This document shows, piece by piece, positions 12,559 to 24,544 of a DNA stretch of 64,000 nucleotides. Positions within the stretch are counted from its first letter, which is position 1, and each line of letters begins with the position of its first letter. Under the pieces are notes generated by a model. It was not told where the DNA came from and searched no databases. It saw only the letters and a list, made by a program, of their open reading frames with translations. The translations under genes and the position numbers were made by a program. Source of the stretch: Mobula hypostoma (taxonomy: Eukaryota); the NCBI RefSeq assembly GCF_963921235.1, contig NC_086108.1, positions 55,368,001 to 55,432,000 on the forward strand, read 5' to 3'.

Positions 12559-14782
12559 CAGTGATTTCCAAAGTGGGTGATATTTCACCTCCCCCGAGGG
12601 GGTGGTGGGATTTTCTAAGGGGTTGATAAAAATCTGATTTCAATGAGCACATATTTGCCTTATCTCTTGCTAACCCACCGTTCTCATAGACTTTGCTCGA
12701 TGCCTGTTATAGTTGTTGAAAAGCCAAGTGACACTTCTGTATTTGGCATATCATAAGAAACCATTTTATTTCCGGGCGTGGACAGCGCATTATTGCCATT
12801 CAGTACTTTAGAACAGTGTTAGCATGTACGATTTCCATACTCTAATCCTGCAGTGACATAATTCCTGTGCATTAGGGAATGGCTTTCTATGGGGTAAAGT
12901 TCAGAACCTGCCCTTTCAAATGTCCTTGACTGAATTTCTCTAGCCCACTGTATACAATATTTCATTGCCAAATCTGGAAAACCCCATACAATCGGAGAAT
13001 AACTTGATTCTGCCAGCAGTAAGGGAGGTTCTCAGTATAGTTTTGTATAAGTCGCCAGACTAAATAATTAAAGTAATTCTGCTCAGTAACAACTCTGCTC
13101 AAAGATGAATAGATGAAATGTCTGAGAATGTAGATGACACATTGTGCAATATACTTAGGACAACAGAATTTGCTCTGCAGTTGGAGGAATCAAATTTGCC
13201 AGTCAATGAATTTTTGCTCCTTGGCTACGTTCACTTCATAAAAGATGAAAGCATGGTTGAAGAGATGTTATTTGCAAGGGGATTAGAAACAAATATGAAG
13301 GGAGAGTTATTATTCCAGGTTTTTGAGGAATTTTTCAAAGAGAAGGGCATTCTGCTGTCATCAGAATTCTTGCTTTTGCAACAGATGGGACACCATCAAT
13401 GACAGGATGCCACCATGATGTTATTACTTTCTTGAAAAAAGCTGTACCTAAAATATTTACCATTCACTCTGTAAATCATAGACAACATCTTGTTGCAAAA
13501 AAAAATCTGTGTTGGCTCACAAATCCTTAAATATTGGTATCACAGTAGTAAACAAAATCAAGTCCCATGCTCTCAATTCTTGACTATTTTGAGAGTTTCG
13601 AATTGACAGTGATGAACAGTTTGAAAGTGTGCTGTTGCACACAGAAGTCAGGTGGCTCTCAAAAGGAAACTGACACACACTTATGCACTTTTTGAAACTG
13701 ATAAAGTTGTTTGAAGACCCAATTGCTTCATTCAGTAATCAAAACAAGAATGTTTGGCATGAGATTGCTTATTTGTCAGAATTATTCAAAGTTTAATGAA
13801 ATTAATCTTCAATTGCAAGGAAATGATGTGAATCTTATTAAAGTCAAATCAGTCCTCTCCACATTTCTGTTTAAGTTAACCCTATTTAAGTGTATCATTG
13901 GTTGTAATAATCTTTCTTCAATTTCTGAGCCTCGGTGTTGGAGGAACAAGAAAGAAAGAATTCCATATGATGATCTACAAGTATACTGCACCCACCTGGG
14001 TGGACAGCAGAAAAACAAGTCAGAGATTTCACACAAAAAATGCTGGTGAACGCAGCAGACCAGGCAGCATCTATAGGAAGAGGTACAGTTGACATCTCGG
14101 CCCAAAACGTCGACTCCAGCATTTTTTGTGTGTGTTGCTTGAATTTCCAGCATCTGTAGATTTCCTCGTGTCAGAGATTTCACTTTTTTTTTTCTCGATC
14201 CAATCTCCAGATTGGGTAATAAATCCATTCCTGAACACTGAAGCTGAAGTTCCAAAAATCACATCAAGATTTTTAGTTGCAGAAAGAAATCTTTGAATGC
14301 TATCCTGCACTGTGAAAAAGGTCAAGATGTTCTTTATCACCCATCCAACATCATATTTGGTGAAGCATGTTTTCAGTGCCGTTGCCAAATTCTTTCAAAG
14401 CAGACTAAAATAACTGAATGTGGGATCTGAGATTCCCGAGTGACATTCAGTCTAATGTTGAGAAGCTGATGTCATTGCACCAAACCCATCCATCTCATTG
14501 AAAAGTGAAAAAAGCAATGAATGGTGAATAGTTGGACCACTAATGTATGCTCTAAAGTTATTGAAAATCATTTTACTGTAATTAAAGATATAATTTGTAG
14601 CTTTAAATATATTAGAATAATGTTTGCAATTATTTGTAGCTGCTTCAAATTTGCAGTTCCTATTTTCTTTGTGCATCATAAATCAAAATTCTTTATAGTT
14701 TTTATGTAATTGCAAAATAGGGTGGTGGTTTGGTGATGTGGTTTGGGAGTGAAGGTGGTGGTAAAAAAGTTTGGAAGCCAAG
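12559..14782 (+). mobile_element. hAT (Charlie/Buster, SCAND3/ZBED-like) DNA transposon, decayed
   Basis: Left end cagtgatttccaaagt, eroded right end aagtttggaagccaag; ORF 13118-13402 (FALQLEES..LLLGYVHF); cacacagaagtcaggtggctctcaaaagga (HTEVRWLSKG) near 13637; ORF 13711 (FNEINLQLQG). Confidence 0.88.
14033..14169. mobile_element. Mini fold-back PLE-derived insert with 14-bp TSD
   Basis: TSD gtcagagatttcac at 14019-14032 and 14170-14183; a reverse copy of the PLE terminal repeat is followed by a forward copy ending gatttcctcgt. Confidence 0.9.
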
Positions 14783-17700
14783 TTTCAGAACTTATTAAAT
14801 TCCTTTAAAATCACTGTTCGAAAGGAATTTAAGAAGTCAAGGGATTCCAGTATCAATTAATTAATGAATACTAATACTATTATTGAATAATTCCATGTAT
14901 GCAGGATGTGACCAAAGAGTTTCTGAATGAGGCAGATGGGAGTTATCAACTTATTAAAGGGGAAAAAATGTAGCAATATAAACTATAGGCAGATTAAAAA
15001 ACTGGGCACACATTATATTGCTAAAAAACAAGCTTTGAGGTTTTCATTCTGAAACTTGCAAAACCTGAATGGAATTTTCAAACTTTATTTGGGCAAATTA
15101 TAATTAATATTTCAAATATTATGAGACAGTAAATAAATTATTGGTTTAAAGAGGATAGAATTAGAACTTTCATACCATTCGTGTAATGGAGTGGTGGAAT
15201 GAACCATCGAGAAACTATTTTGGCAGTCTCACAGCTTCAGCAAGTTTGTGTCAAGTTGAAAAATGGAGTTTGGGATTGACAAATGATGTGAAAAGTGCAA
15301 TGTACGTTATGATAATTTAAGCATCAAAAGAAGCAAAGAATATTGCGAAAGAAAGATTTGGACAGTTTAGTGAGCAATGGTACATGGGCAAGAAGCAACC
15401 ACCTGTTGAAGTGTATTTGGAACATTTCATTTTTTATTTCCTCACATGCAAGGTATGACCAACTCTTCTGAAAGAATGCAAGGCACATTTACAGTATAAT
15501 GAACCTTGATACTTTTGACAGGGTAATAGGATTGGAACTCTACTCTAACAAGGTTGATAATAAGCTGCAGTCAGAAAGGTTTTAGAGTTCAAAGTTTATG
15601 CAGATGTGGGAAAGCCACTGTCACAGTTTTAAGTTGTAGTGTACTTTTTCGGTAATAAGGGTTTACTGTTTTCACCAGAATTTTGAAATTGCTGTTTTGT
15701 GATGATTTCAATTTATGGCTTTCTTTTAAGAGGGAACGAGAAATAGCTGGTGCAGATATTTCCATTAACTAAACGGAAATTAGCATCAAAGTGATCTCCT
15801 GGCTTAGTTTTGATCAGAGTTGGATAAGTTTGTGGCTATTTTCCTCTGTTGGATTCTAAAATGATTTTTAACTTTCTGAAAGTATCATAGCTTTATATGA
15901 AATGGCTTATCGCACAAAGATTTATGCCACTTTTTAAATAGATGATAAGTAAAGAAGGTAGTGTAAATTGACTTCAGGATAAGTTGGAGATGAGTGAAGG
16001 GATTGGAAAAAAGAGTATGTTGAGGTGGTGAGCAGCTGAGGAACAACCATGGAATAAAGGAGCAACTTCCTTGGTGAATTTTTTTTTTACTATTAATTAT
16101 CTTGGGGAAAGTTTTGAAAGCTGATTTATATCTCGGGGGAAACCAATTAAATTGAAAAATGTTTGTCAGCCGCCTACATCACGATGACTCTTACCACTCA
16201 TGAAGAATGAGTCTACTTATTAATTGTTAGCCATGTTGTCATATTTTCAGTTGTGACAATTCTGGTTTCCAGATGACTTTTTTTTTCCTCCTCCTTGCCT
16301 TTTGGGCTTACTTGAGTGCTCACGTACTGCAGTTGTGGGTGGATTTTTTTTTACTCGTGGAGCAAGAATATTCACAGAATATAGAATAATTCAAATGTAA
16401 AATATAATAACATGCAAGATTTTAAAATTGTACAGGTGGTTGAACACTATCTGAAATGGGGTTGCTGTCAAATGGGATAATGTTTAAAATCTGTTTATTA
16501 GGTATTGAAATTAACAAAAAATGCAAGCAGCTGCTATTTTTCCAGCAGTTGAGGGTGGGGGGTGTTGGGAGGTGGGAAGACGTCATCCATTGTAAAACGT
16601 TGATTTATCAGATGATGAATATTTTTGAGCTCTTCAGTTTGCACAATATCAGGAAGGACTTCAGTTTAAATGGTGAGGTCAAGTGGCAATGACCCAGTGC
16701 TGCCTCAGCAAATGATTGATTTCTCAAATTCTTTCACTGCTTCGTTCTGTGTAGCAAGTAATATTGGTGGGAGGGCCCAAACCTTGACGGAATTTCACTT
16801 GTTTTTACTATTTGTGTGGAGAATCTAGTGCTGAACGTGGAGTATTGATTCTCAAGAAAGAAAAGATCAATGCACACCCTTCCCTTGCTTCTGGCCCTTG
16901 TAGCTCATGTAGCTCTGCAATTTCGGTCAAGACCATTAAAAGAAATTCAATTTGGTTTTGCTATCCTTTTAATGTCTTTCAAACTGCTAAATGCACTGAT
17001 GATTTTCCAAACATGAGTTGCTGGGATTTCCACAGTTTCACTAGTGGTTTGCATTAGCACTGTTCCTTGAACAGCAGATATGTGTGGCATTCCAATTTGG
17101 AAGTTGCTCAATTCAGCAAAAAAAAAAGACTCCTGCCTGGCTAATAAAGATTTAGTTTTCTGTATGACTCATTAATGCTTGCTTGACCAAGGTAGATGCT
17201 TTGCAGTTTCTAGTTTGAAGCAAATTCTGTTCGGAATAGGAATGAAGTCTCTTACCAAGGAATTGCACAAGTTTCAGAAGAGATCTAATCTGGAGTTTGA
17301 AGTGTAAGGTGTTACACATTGGTAGGTTGAATTCCGGGGGAATGTATGCAGCATGATGGTATTGGGTTTGCTGACTACGAGGTTCTAAAGTCAATCGGAG
17401 ACTTTAAGCCCTATCAGATGAGTACTTTCACTAAACTACCCAATCTTTAAAGATTAGTTTACATCCCTGTTTATTCTCCATAACAGGTTTGAGCTGCCAA
17501 TACTCACTATTTGAGTGGTGGGTCCCCGCTCCCTACCAAGGAGAAGGTACTTGCAGCTAACAAAGTAGTTTAAACACAGTTCATTTATTTTCAGTGATAC
17601 ATGCTTAAATCCAAACAACATTCTTAAAAGACATTTAAAACTCTCAGTGGATGTCTATGTGAGAAAACATTTCCAAATTACAAATGATTTCTAAAATATA

Positions 17701-18289
17701 AAGGATTTCCAAAAGACGGGTGCAATCCCTGTAAACTATAAAACATACAGATACAGATGAATGAATCATTAGTCGCAGAAACTGAATCAGAGGAATGTAT
17801 TCTAGTCACCTGGTCTTCCTATCATTCTTGTTGATGTTCTTCAGCCATTTCTAAGAATCCTTAGCTGCTCTCTACATTTATACACTTCTTCTACCACTTG
17901 GGTGACTTCACACATATTAGATATTTCCTCAGTTACCCCTTTAGCAAAAATGATCTAAAACAATTGTGGGGATACAGATCTCGGCTGATGTACATAGTTC
18001 ACAATTAATGCTGTAAAGATAACGTGTAAATAAATATTACAACTATAAACACATCAGTTATTTGATATGCTAAATGATATTGTCCATCTGGATCTAAAAG
18101 CTTCTGTGAACTAAGCAACTTAAGAGTCACCTCATCTATGAAATAAGCCAGATTAAACTACCCACTGTCTTGTACTGCTTTTCAGCAGTAATAAACCTAG
18201 TATAGTGAGCAAAATATTACTTCTCAGACAATGTACCTACTATCCACAGTGCTTATTTGAGTAACTGTTGTATAGACAGTACTTGTTTT

Positions 18290-19025
18290 AACTTGAACTG
18301 ACTTGAGGCCCTCCATTGGTCAGGGTGGACTGTGGATGTTCTCTCCCAACTGTCTCTGTGATATGCAAGTCGGTATGCAAGCCACAGAACTGTGATATAG
18401 AGAGCAAACTGTTGCCCATGCAGCAAGCTTCACCTCTCCATATAGCTGATGAATCTAAAGAAACAGCAGAGATTGATACAGTTTGGCACCAGCAGTATGT
18501 GGGAGTGGCCAGTCAGCATTAAAGTCAACATAGGACTGCCTTGGGGATTCCAGCTCCAGATTTATCTTTTGGGTTTACTCTCAAAACCTTCCCCGGTGAG
18601 CAGGTATAGCCATAAGCAATGGAGGTTTGAGATCAGAGTTTTTCTTCTCCTAGACAGCTATATGGAGGAATTTAAGGTGGGGGTTTATATGGGAGGCAGG
18701 GTTTGAGGGTCGGCACAATATTGTGGACCGAAGGGCCTGTACTGTGCTGTACTATTCTATGTTCTATGTTCTGTGTTCTAGATGAGCTGCCACCCATGGC
18801 TGGCAAGCCCCATTTTCCCAAAGCGACTAGTTTTAAGGTGTCACTAAACATCTTTGCTCCCTCTATCTGTATAAGCAGTTCCATTGGACTTAGTAGCTAA
18901 GCCACACATCAAGGGCAGCAGCTGGACTTGGTTGACAGAGGCTATTGGAGATGCATGCCATTGGGTGCATTTAGTAGGTAGAGGAACTTATCCCCAGTAC
19001 CACCCAGACTATGACAGCCTTAAAG
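18290..19025. mobile_element. Probable RTE-related non-coding element, interrupted by a CR1 tail
   Basis: gctgatgaatctaaagaaacagcagagattgatacagtttggcaccagc resembles, from recall only, RTE 5' regions; the host reads through ctcctaga|tgagctgcc once the insert is removed. Confidence 0.45.
18650..18778 (+). mobile_element. CR1 3' tail fragment
   Basis: Closely matches 888-1009; flanked by ctaga on both sides. Confidence 0.9.
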
Positions 19026-19424
19026 AACCTCAAGCTGATTACTGCTTTCCATTTACATTTTAAGAAGTGAAGACTGACTTCTATTTATGACTAGAAGTCA
19101 AACAACTGTTAGTTGGAAGTTTACTTACAATTGTTGGTAATCTTAGAAGTGGCAGCTGCTGTTTAGAAAGCAAGGTTAGCAAACAATGAAAAGGCCTTCT
19201 GGCCAGGAGTGAATACCCATCACAACAGTCAGTGGCAGAACCCTTGACAGCACTGATGTCGAGATGGATCTTATGGTCCAAGTCCACACCTCTTTGAAAG
19301 TGGAAATGCAAATAATTGTAAAGAAAGCATATGGCATGGTTGCCTCATCACTAGGACATAGAGTATAAAAGGCAGGAATTTAGAAATTCTGTTAGGCTTC
19401 ATTTCCAAGCAGAAGGGATTATTT

Positions 19425-19785
19425 CAGAATCAGAATCAGGTATATTATCACCGGCATGTGACGTGAAATTTGTTAACTGAGCAGTAGCAATTCAATGCAA
19501 TACATAATCTAACAGAGAAAAATAATCAATAAAATAAAACAATAAATAAACGAGTAAATCAATTACATATATTGAATAGATTAAAAAAACATGCAAAAAC
19601 AGTAATACCGTATATTTTTTTTAAAAAGTGAGGTAGCGTCCAAAGCTTCAATGTCCATTTAGGAATCAGATGGCAGAGGGGAAGAAGCTGTTCCTGAATC
19701 ACTGAGTGTGTTGCCTTCAGGCTTCTGTACCTCATACCTGATGGTAACAGTGAGAAAAGGGCATGCCTTAATGATGGCCGCTTTA
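19425..19785 (-). mobile_element. Rex1/Babar 3' tail
   Basis: (cagaat)n terminus; ORF 19559-19822 contains HALFSLLPSGMRYRSLK. Confidence 0.85.
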
Positions 19786-20004
19786 ATTTGGCATCATACT
19801 CAGCACAGACATTGTGGGCCAAAGGGTCTTTTGCTATGTTGTATGGTTGTATGTTCTAAAAGAATTATTTATTGCAAGTGATGGTACGTAGGCTAGCATT
19901 GGGCAATTGAGCGCACTGCTCTGCATTCTGGTGTATATGGGATACCACTTCTTTATTTTGCCTTCAAGTTATTCAGTTTCCTCTTGAAGAAAGCCTTCTA
20001 AAGG

Positions 20005-20935
20005 AAAGGAGATAAAAAAGGGAATGAATGAATGAATAATAAATAAAATAAATAAATAAATAAGGGATGGTGTATGAAGGGGAGGTGGGGCATTAACGGA
20101 AGTTAGAGAAGTCAATGCTCATGCCATCAGGTTGGAGGCTACCCAGACAGAATATAAGGTGTTGTTCCTCCAACCTGAGTGTGGCTTCATCTTGACAGTA
20201 GAGGAGGCTGTGGATAGACATATCAGAATGGGAATGGGACGTGAAATTAAAATGTGTGACCACTGGAGGATCCTGCTTTCTCTGGCGGACAGAGCATAGG
20301 TGTTCAGCAAAATGGTCTCCCAGCCTGTGTCGGGTCTCACCAATATACAGAAGGCCACATCGGGAGGTCCAGACGCAGCATATCACCACAGCCGACTCGC
20401 AGGTGAAGTGTCGCCTCACCTGGAAGGACTATCTGGGGCACTGAATGGAGGAACAACACCTTATATTCCGTCTGAGTAGCCTCCAGATTGATGGCGTGAA
20501 CTTTGACTTCTCTAACTTCCGTTACTGCCCCTCCTCCCCTTCGTACCCCATCCCTTATTTATTTATTATTCATTCATTCCCTTTTATATCTCTCTCTTTT
20601 TTTCTCCCTCTGTCCCTCTCACTATAACTCCTTGCCTGTTCTCCATCCTCTGGGCTCCCCTCCCCCTTTCTTTCTCCCTAGGCTTCCTGTCCCATGATCC
20701 TCTCCCTTCTCCAGCCTTCTATCCCTTTTGCTAATCAACTTTCCAGCTCCTGGCTCCATTCCTCCCCCTCTTGTCTTCTCCTATCATTTTGGATCTCCCC
20801 TTCCCCCTCCCACTTTCAAATCTCTTACTAGCTCTTCTTTCAGTTAGTCCTGATGAAGGGTCTCGGCCCAAAATATCAACTGTTCTTCTTCCTATTGATG
20901 CTGCCTGCTGCGTTCACCAGCATTTTCTATGTTCG
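20005..20935. mobile_element. PLE with inverted architecture: minus-strand GIY-YIG fragment (20005-20443) abutting a plus-strand terminal repeat (20445-20935)
   Basis: ORF 20093-20419 (HFTCESAVVICC..LLYIGETRHRLGDHFAEHL); 20008-20172 is roughly the reverse complement of 20446-20592; degenerate hammerhead at 20846-20882. Confidence 0.9.
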
Positions 20936-21519
20936 TAGCTAACATAGTCATCTGTTGTTACAACAGATATATTATGTCTATACCTTCTTCCATTTATAAG
21001 ATGGATTGCATAGAAGGCTAAATTCTCAGTTTTTCTATTGACCTTTTATCTAGAAAACCAGTTCCTCATGTGGGGTGAAAAATATTTGAAACTTGGTGTC
21101 CACTTTGGGAGCAGATCTCTAAACCTGCAATATCACCTTGGACCTTCACTAACCCCTTCCAAATGATGATCACTTCTTCAAAATCAAACTTTTTTTAAAA
21201 AATGAGCTCTTCACAGTGTTTGGAGTTGGTCACCAGCTGCCTGTTTGCACACCTGATTTGTTTGGTGATTCATAATAAATCAACTATAATATTTGAATTA
21301 GAAATAAAGAGTTTCCCGCACTGCTTGTAACAAAAGTTGGAAGGCAATTCAGGATGAAAGGGAAAATGGTGATTGTTTGGAAGTTTATCCATATCTTATT
21401 ATTCCCTATAATAAAGACTAAACAAGAGTCAGTATACAACAGACCAAAATCAAAGTGTTCTTGAGTAAATGTTAGGAAATCGATGGAAGGTATTTAAACA
21501 AAGATAAGATATTTAAATA

Positions 21520-23983
21520 TAGTAGATTCTGGTTAAATGAGCCATTGGTTAAATCAAGGCAGCCACTTATTTGGGACAACACAACTCTTAAAAGATCAAA
21601 AATTAATCAAGAAAAAAAAATTGGGGTTCCCTTTATTTATTTACGACACTGTGCCTCTTAATCGGACAGGAGACCTTTGCCAAAGGTTCTAACTAGCCTC
21701 AGTCACGTGTACTTGTATGGCTGTTAAACATTTTTCTGTGCTTAGCGTGAACAGTTTTTAAATAGCATCAGTTGCATGTGCTTGTGTTCAAAAAACAGTG
21801 ATTTTTGTCACTGATAGTTGGCAAGAAATCTGCAATGCAAGAACTTGAAATTGTTATGCTCCCTGCAGTTTCAAGCATTCAGGCTTGGAGATTCCAGAAA
21901 AGGCCAGGAGTGAAAATGAAAAAATTTCACGACTTTAACAAGTTAGGAACTACAAAGAATTTTAAGGTACATGTTTCCCCCGCCATCCGAAGGTAGAAAC
22001 GGTTCGTAAGCCGGAATGTCGTAAAGCAAAGAAGCAATTACCATTAATTTATACGGGAAAAATTTGTAAGCGTTCGCAGACCCAAAAGTAACCTACCAAA
22101 TCATGCTAAATAACACACAAAACCTAAAATAACAGTAACATTTAGTAAAAGCAGGAATGATATGATGAATACACAGCCTATATAAAGTAGATTTTCACTA
22201 CAGAGAACAGTGTGGCAATGATTGTATTTTCCACAATCACTGCTGCACTGTTCTCCGTAGCGAAAATCTCACGCAAGCGCTGTCAGCAGAAACACGGCGC
22301 AAGCGCTCTCCAGTAACCTTTAAGCTATGAAGCTGCCAAATCATACCAAATAACACATAAAAATACACAGCCAATATAAAGTAGAAATAATTTATATACA
22401 GTGTAGTATCACTTACGGGAATCGGGAAGACATCGAGCACACTGATGATGATGTGTTAGGCTGAGTCGTCGGAGGTTGGGGTGGTGCAGTGGTCCCCACC
22501 CTCCGGGCAGCAAACCGATACCGATCCACGAAGAATGCAGGGGTACAGCGGTGGCCAGAACACACCCAGCACATCTTTAAGAAAAAAGCCGAAACAAACA
22601 AGCTAATTAATTAGGTGCCACCCGGCACATAAATGTCAGCCCAGGCAATTGCCGATTGCGTCGCCTCTGATCTGGGCCGACATTTACGTGCCGGGCAGCA
22701 CCAAATTAATTAGCTTGTTTATTTCAGCTGTTTTCTTAAAAATGTGCTGGGTGCATTCCGGCCGCCTCTGCATTCTTCACAGATCGGTATCTGTCCGCGG
22801 CCCCGGGGTTGGGGTGGTGGGACACTGAGGTGTCATCTGTTTCCATCAGGGTAGGCAGGTCATCTTCTTCTATGTCTGCCTGCCTCGATGTCGAAGGTTG
22901 AAGTTTGTCGTCTGCTGTGGCTGATGTGGAAGGCTTGCTTGACTGTTTAGCCTTGCGCATTTTTAGATCATACAGTGCTTTGTAAGCACTCAAACCATCC
23001 TGCAACTATGCCCTAAACCAACATACCTTTTCAAAATTAAAGTCGTACTTTATCATTGCAGCGAAAATCTCACGCAGTTGCTTCACGTTCAGTTCCTTGA
23101 CGACGTCACTTTCGGTCCGTTCACTACTGCATTCGGTTTCAATTGTAATCCTTTCCTCTTCCAATTGCATCAGCTCTTCATCTATCAGTTCTTAGTCATG
23201 AGATGCCAAAACCTCTTCAACATCATCTTTGTCAACTTCCACAAGCCAAACTCACTTTGTCCTTGCTTCGTTCACCACGATCGAAACGCTTAATTATGTC
23301 TAGTTTTACGCTAAGTGCAACACACTTACGAGCTCTTTTAGGCTTTTCCGATACCTTAGAACTCATCTTGCAAACAGCTGCTCACAGCATGTGTTTAAGC
23401 AATGCTGGCTAGAAAGCAGTTCGGAATCTGGGGGAGAGCGGCTTCTCGGGGTGCGCGCTGCTTTTTGTCGCGTGCCGCTTTTTTCGCGCGCTGCCTTTTT
23501 TTGTAACAGTGAAAACACCTTCTGTTAGCGAAAACAGGGAACTAATGTAGGTCTTTCGTAACAGTGAGATTTCGTAAAGCGAACGTTCGAAAAGTGGGGG
23601 CCACCTATATGGACAATCATCTTGAATATTTTGATGAAATGAAAATTTGGATTATGCAATTGTCAAAGGCATTGCATGAAGGTAGTCCACTACGTGTCTA
23701 ACTGGAAATGAACAAAATCAGTGCAATCTAAAGAACACGGAATGAATGCCTCTGTCAAGAACTATTAGGAACTGCAGTTTTATAGTACTGTAGTAGTATT
23801 GTTAATGTTCTATCTTTGTTCTCTATTTCATTTAAATATATAATTTCTGATTCGGTTAAATGGTAGTTTATGTTTTTTAATACATTTTTCACTATTTCCA
23901 TGAAGTTTAGCTCATTGGGGTAACCACTTAATTGGGCCAAAATGTACCGATCGCGATGTGTCCCAATTAACCAGAATACACAG
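21520..23983. mobile_element. Non-autonomous pogo/Tigger-like element (host, ~820 bp without the insert)
   Basis: TA|tagtagattctggttaa ... ttaaccagaatacacag|TA; a second, inverted copy lies at 54529-55647. Confidence 0.85.
21970..23607 (-). mobile_element. Tigger/pogo deletion derivative nested at a TA
   Basis: TA TSD; ends catgtttcccccgc / gtgggggccaccta; acidic Tigger-like C-terminal remnants on the minus strand (GFVEVDKDDVEEVL, ORF 22736-23005 YKALYDLKMRKAKQSS). Confidence 0.85.
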
Positions 23984-24544
23984 TACTTTACATTGGCACT
24001 GAGGGACCAATACAAATTAACAAGGCCAAGCATATTTTCTATTTGGTATGGCATAGGCATCTATGCTGCCAATCAGAACGTGAATAGTCCAATCAGAAAT
24101 TAGTGAGACAGGAATGAGAATTCCAGTTACAGAAGGTTAAAGCAGAGGCAGACAGAGATTATACATTATGTTGCAGAGATTAAGGAACCTTGACTGCATA
24201 CAGACCTAGCAGTTACTTGATACACAGCCATCTACAACCCTTCACTCATTCTACCGGTATCACATAGCAGCAGCAGTTTGACCCATCTACAGGGTACACT
24301 GCAGCAACAGACCAACACTCATTAGACAACACCTTCAAAACACACAATCTCTATCAGCTAGGTGAAAAGCAGCAAAAGCCTGGGAACTCCACTACATGGA
24401 AGTTACCCTCCAAGCCATATGTGATCCTGACATGGAAACATATTATCATTCCTAAGCAATTGCTGGATCAGAATCTTGAGGCTCACTCTCTTGCAGCACC
24501 CAGACCTCAAGGAATACAATGGTTTAAGGTGGCAGCTCTGCTGT

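Noticed and set aside
15186..15320. 44-codon ATG-initiated ORF in the unique island
   Set aside because: Length expected by chance; no homology or splice support recognised.
24066..24100. Tandem ccaatcagaa as a promoter
   Set aside because: No CpG island, TATA context or downstream exon to support it.
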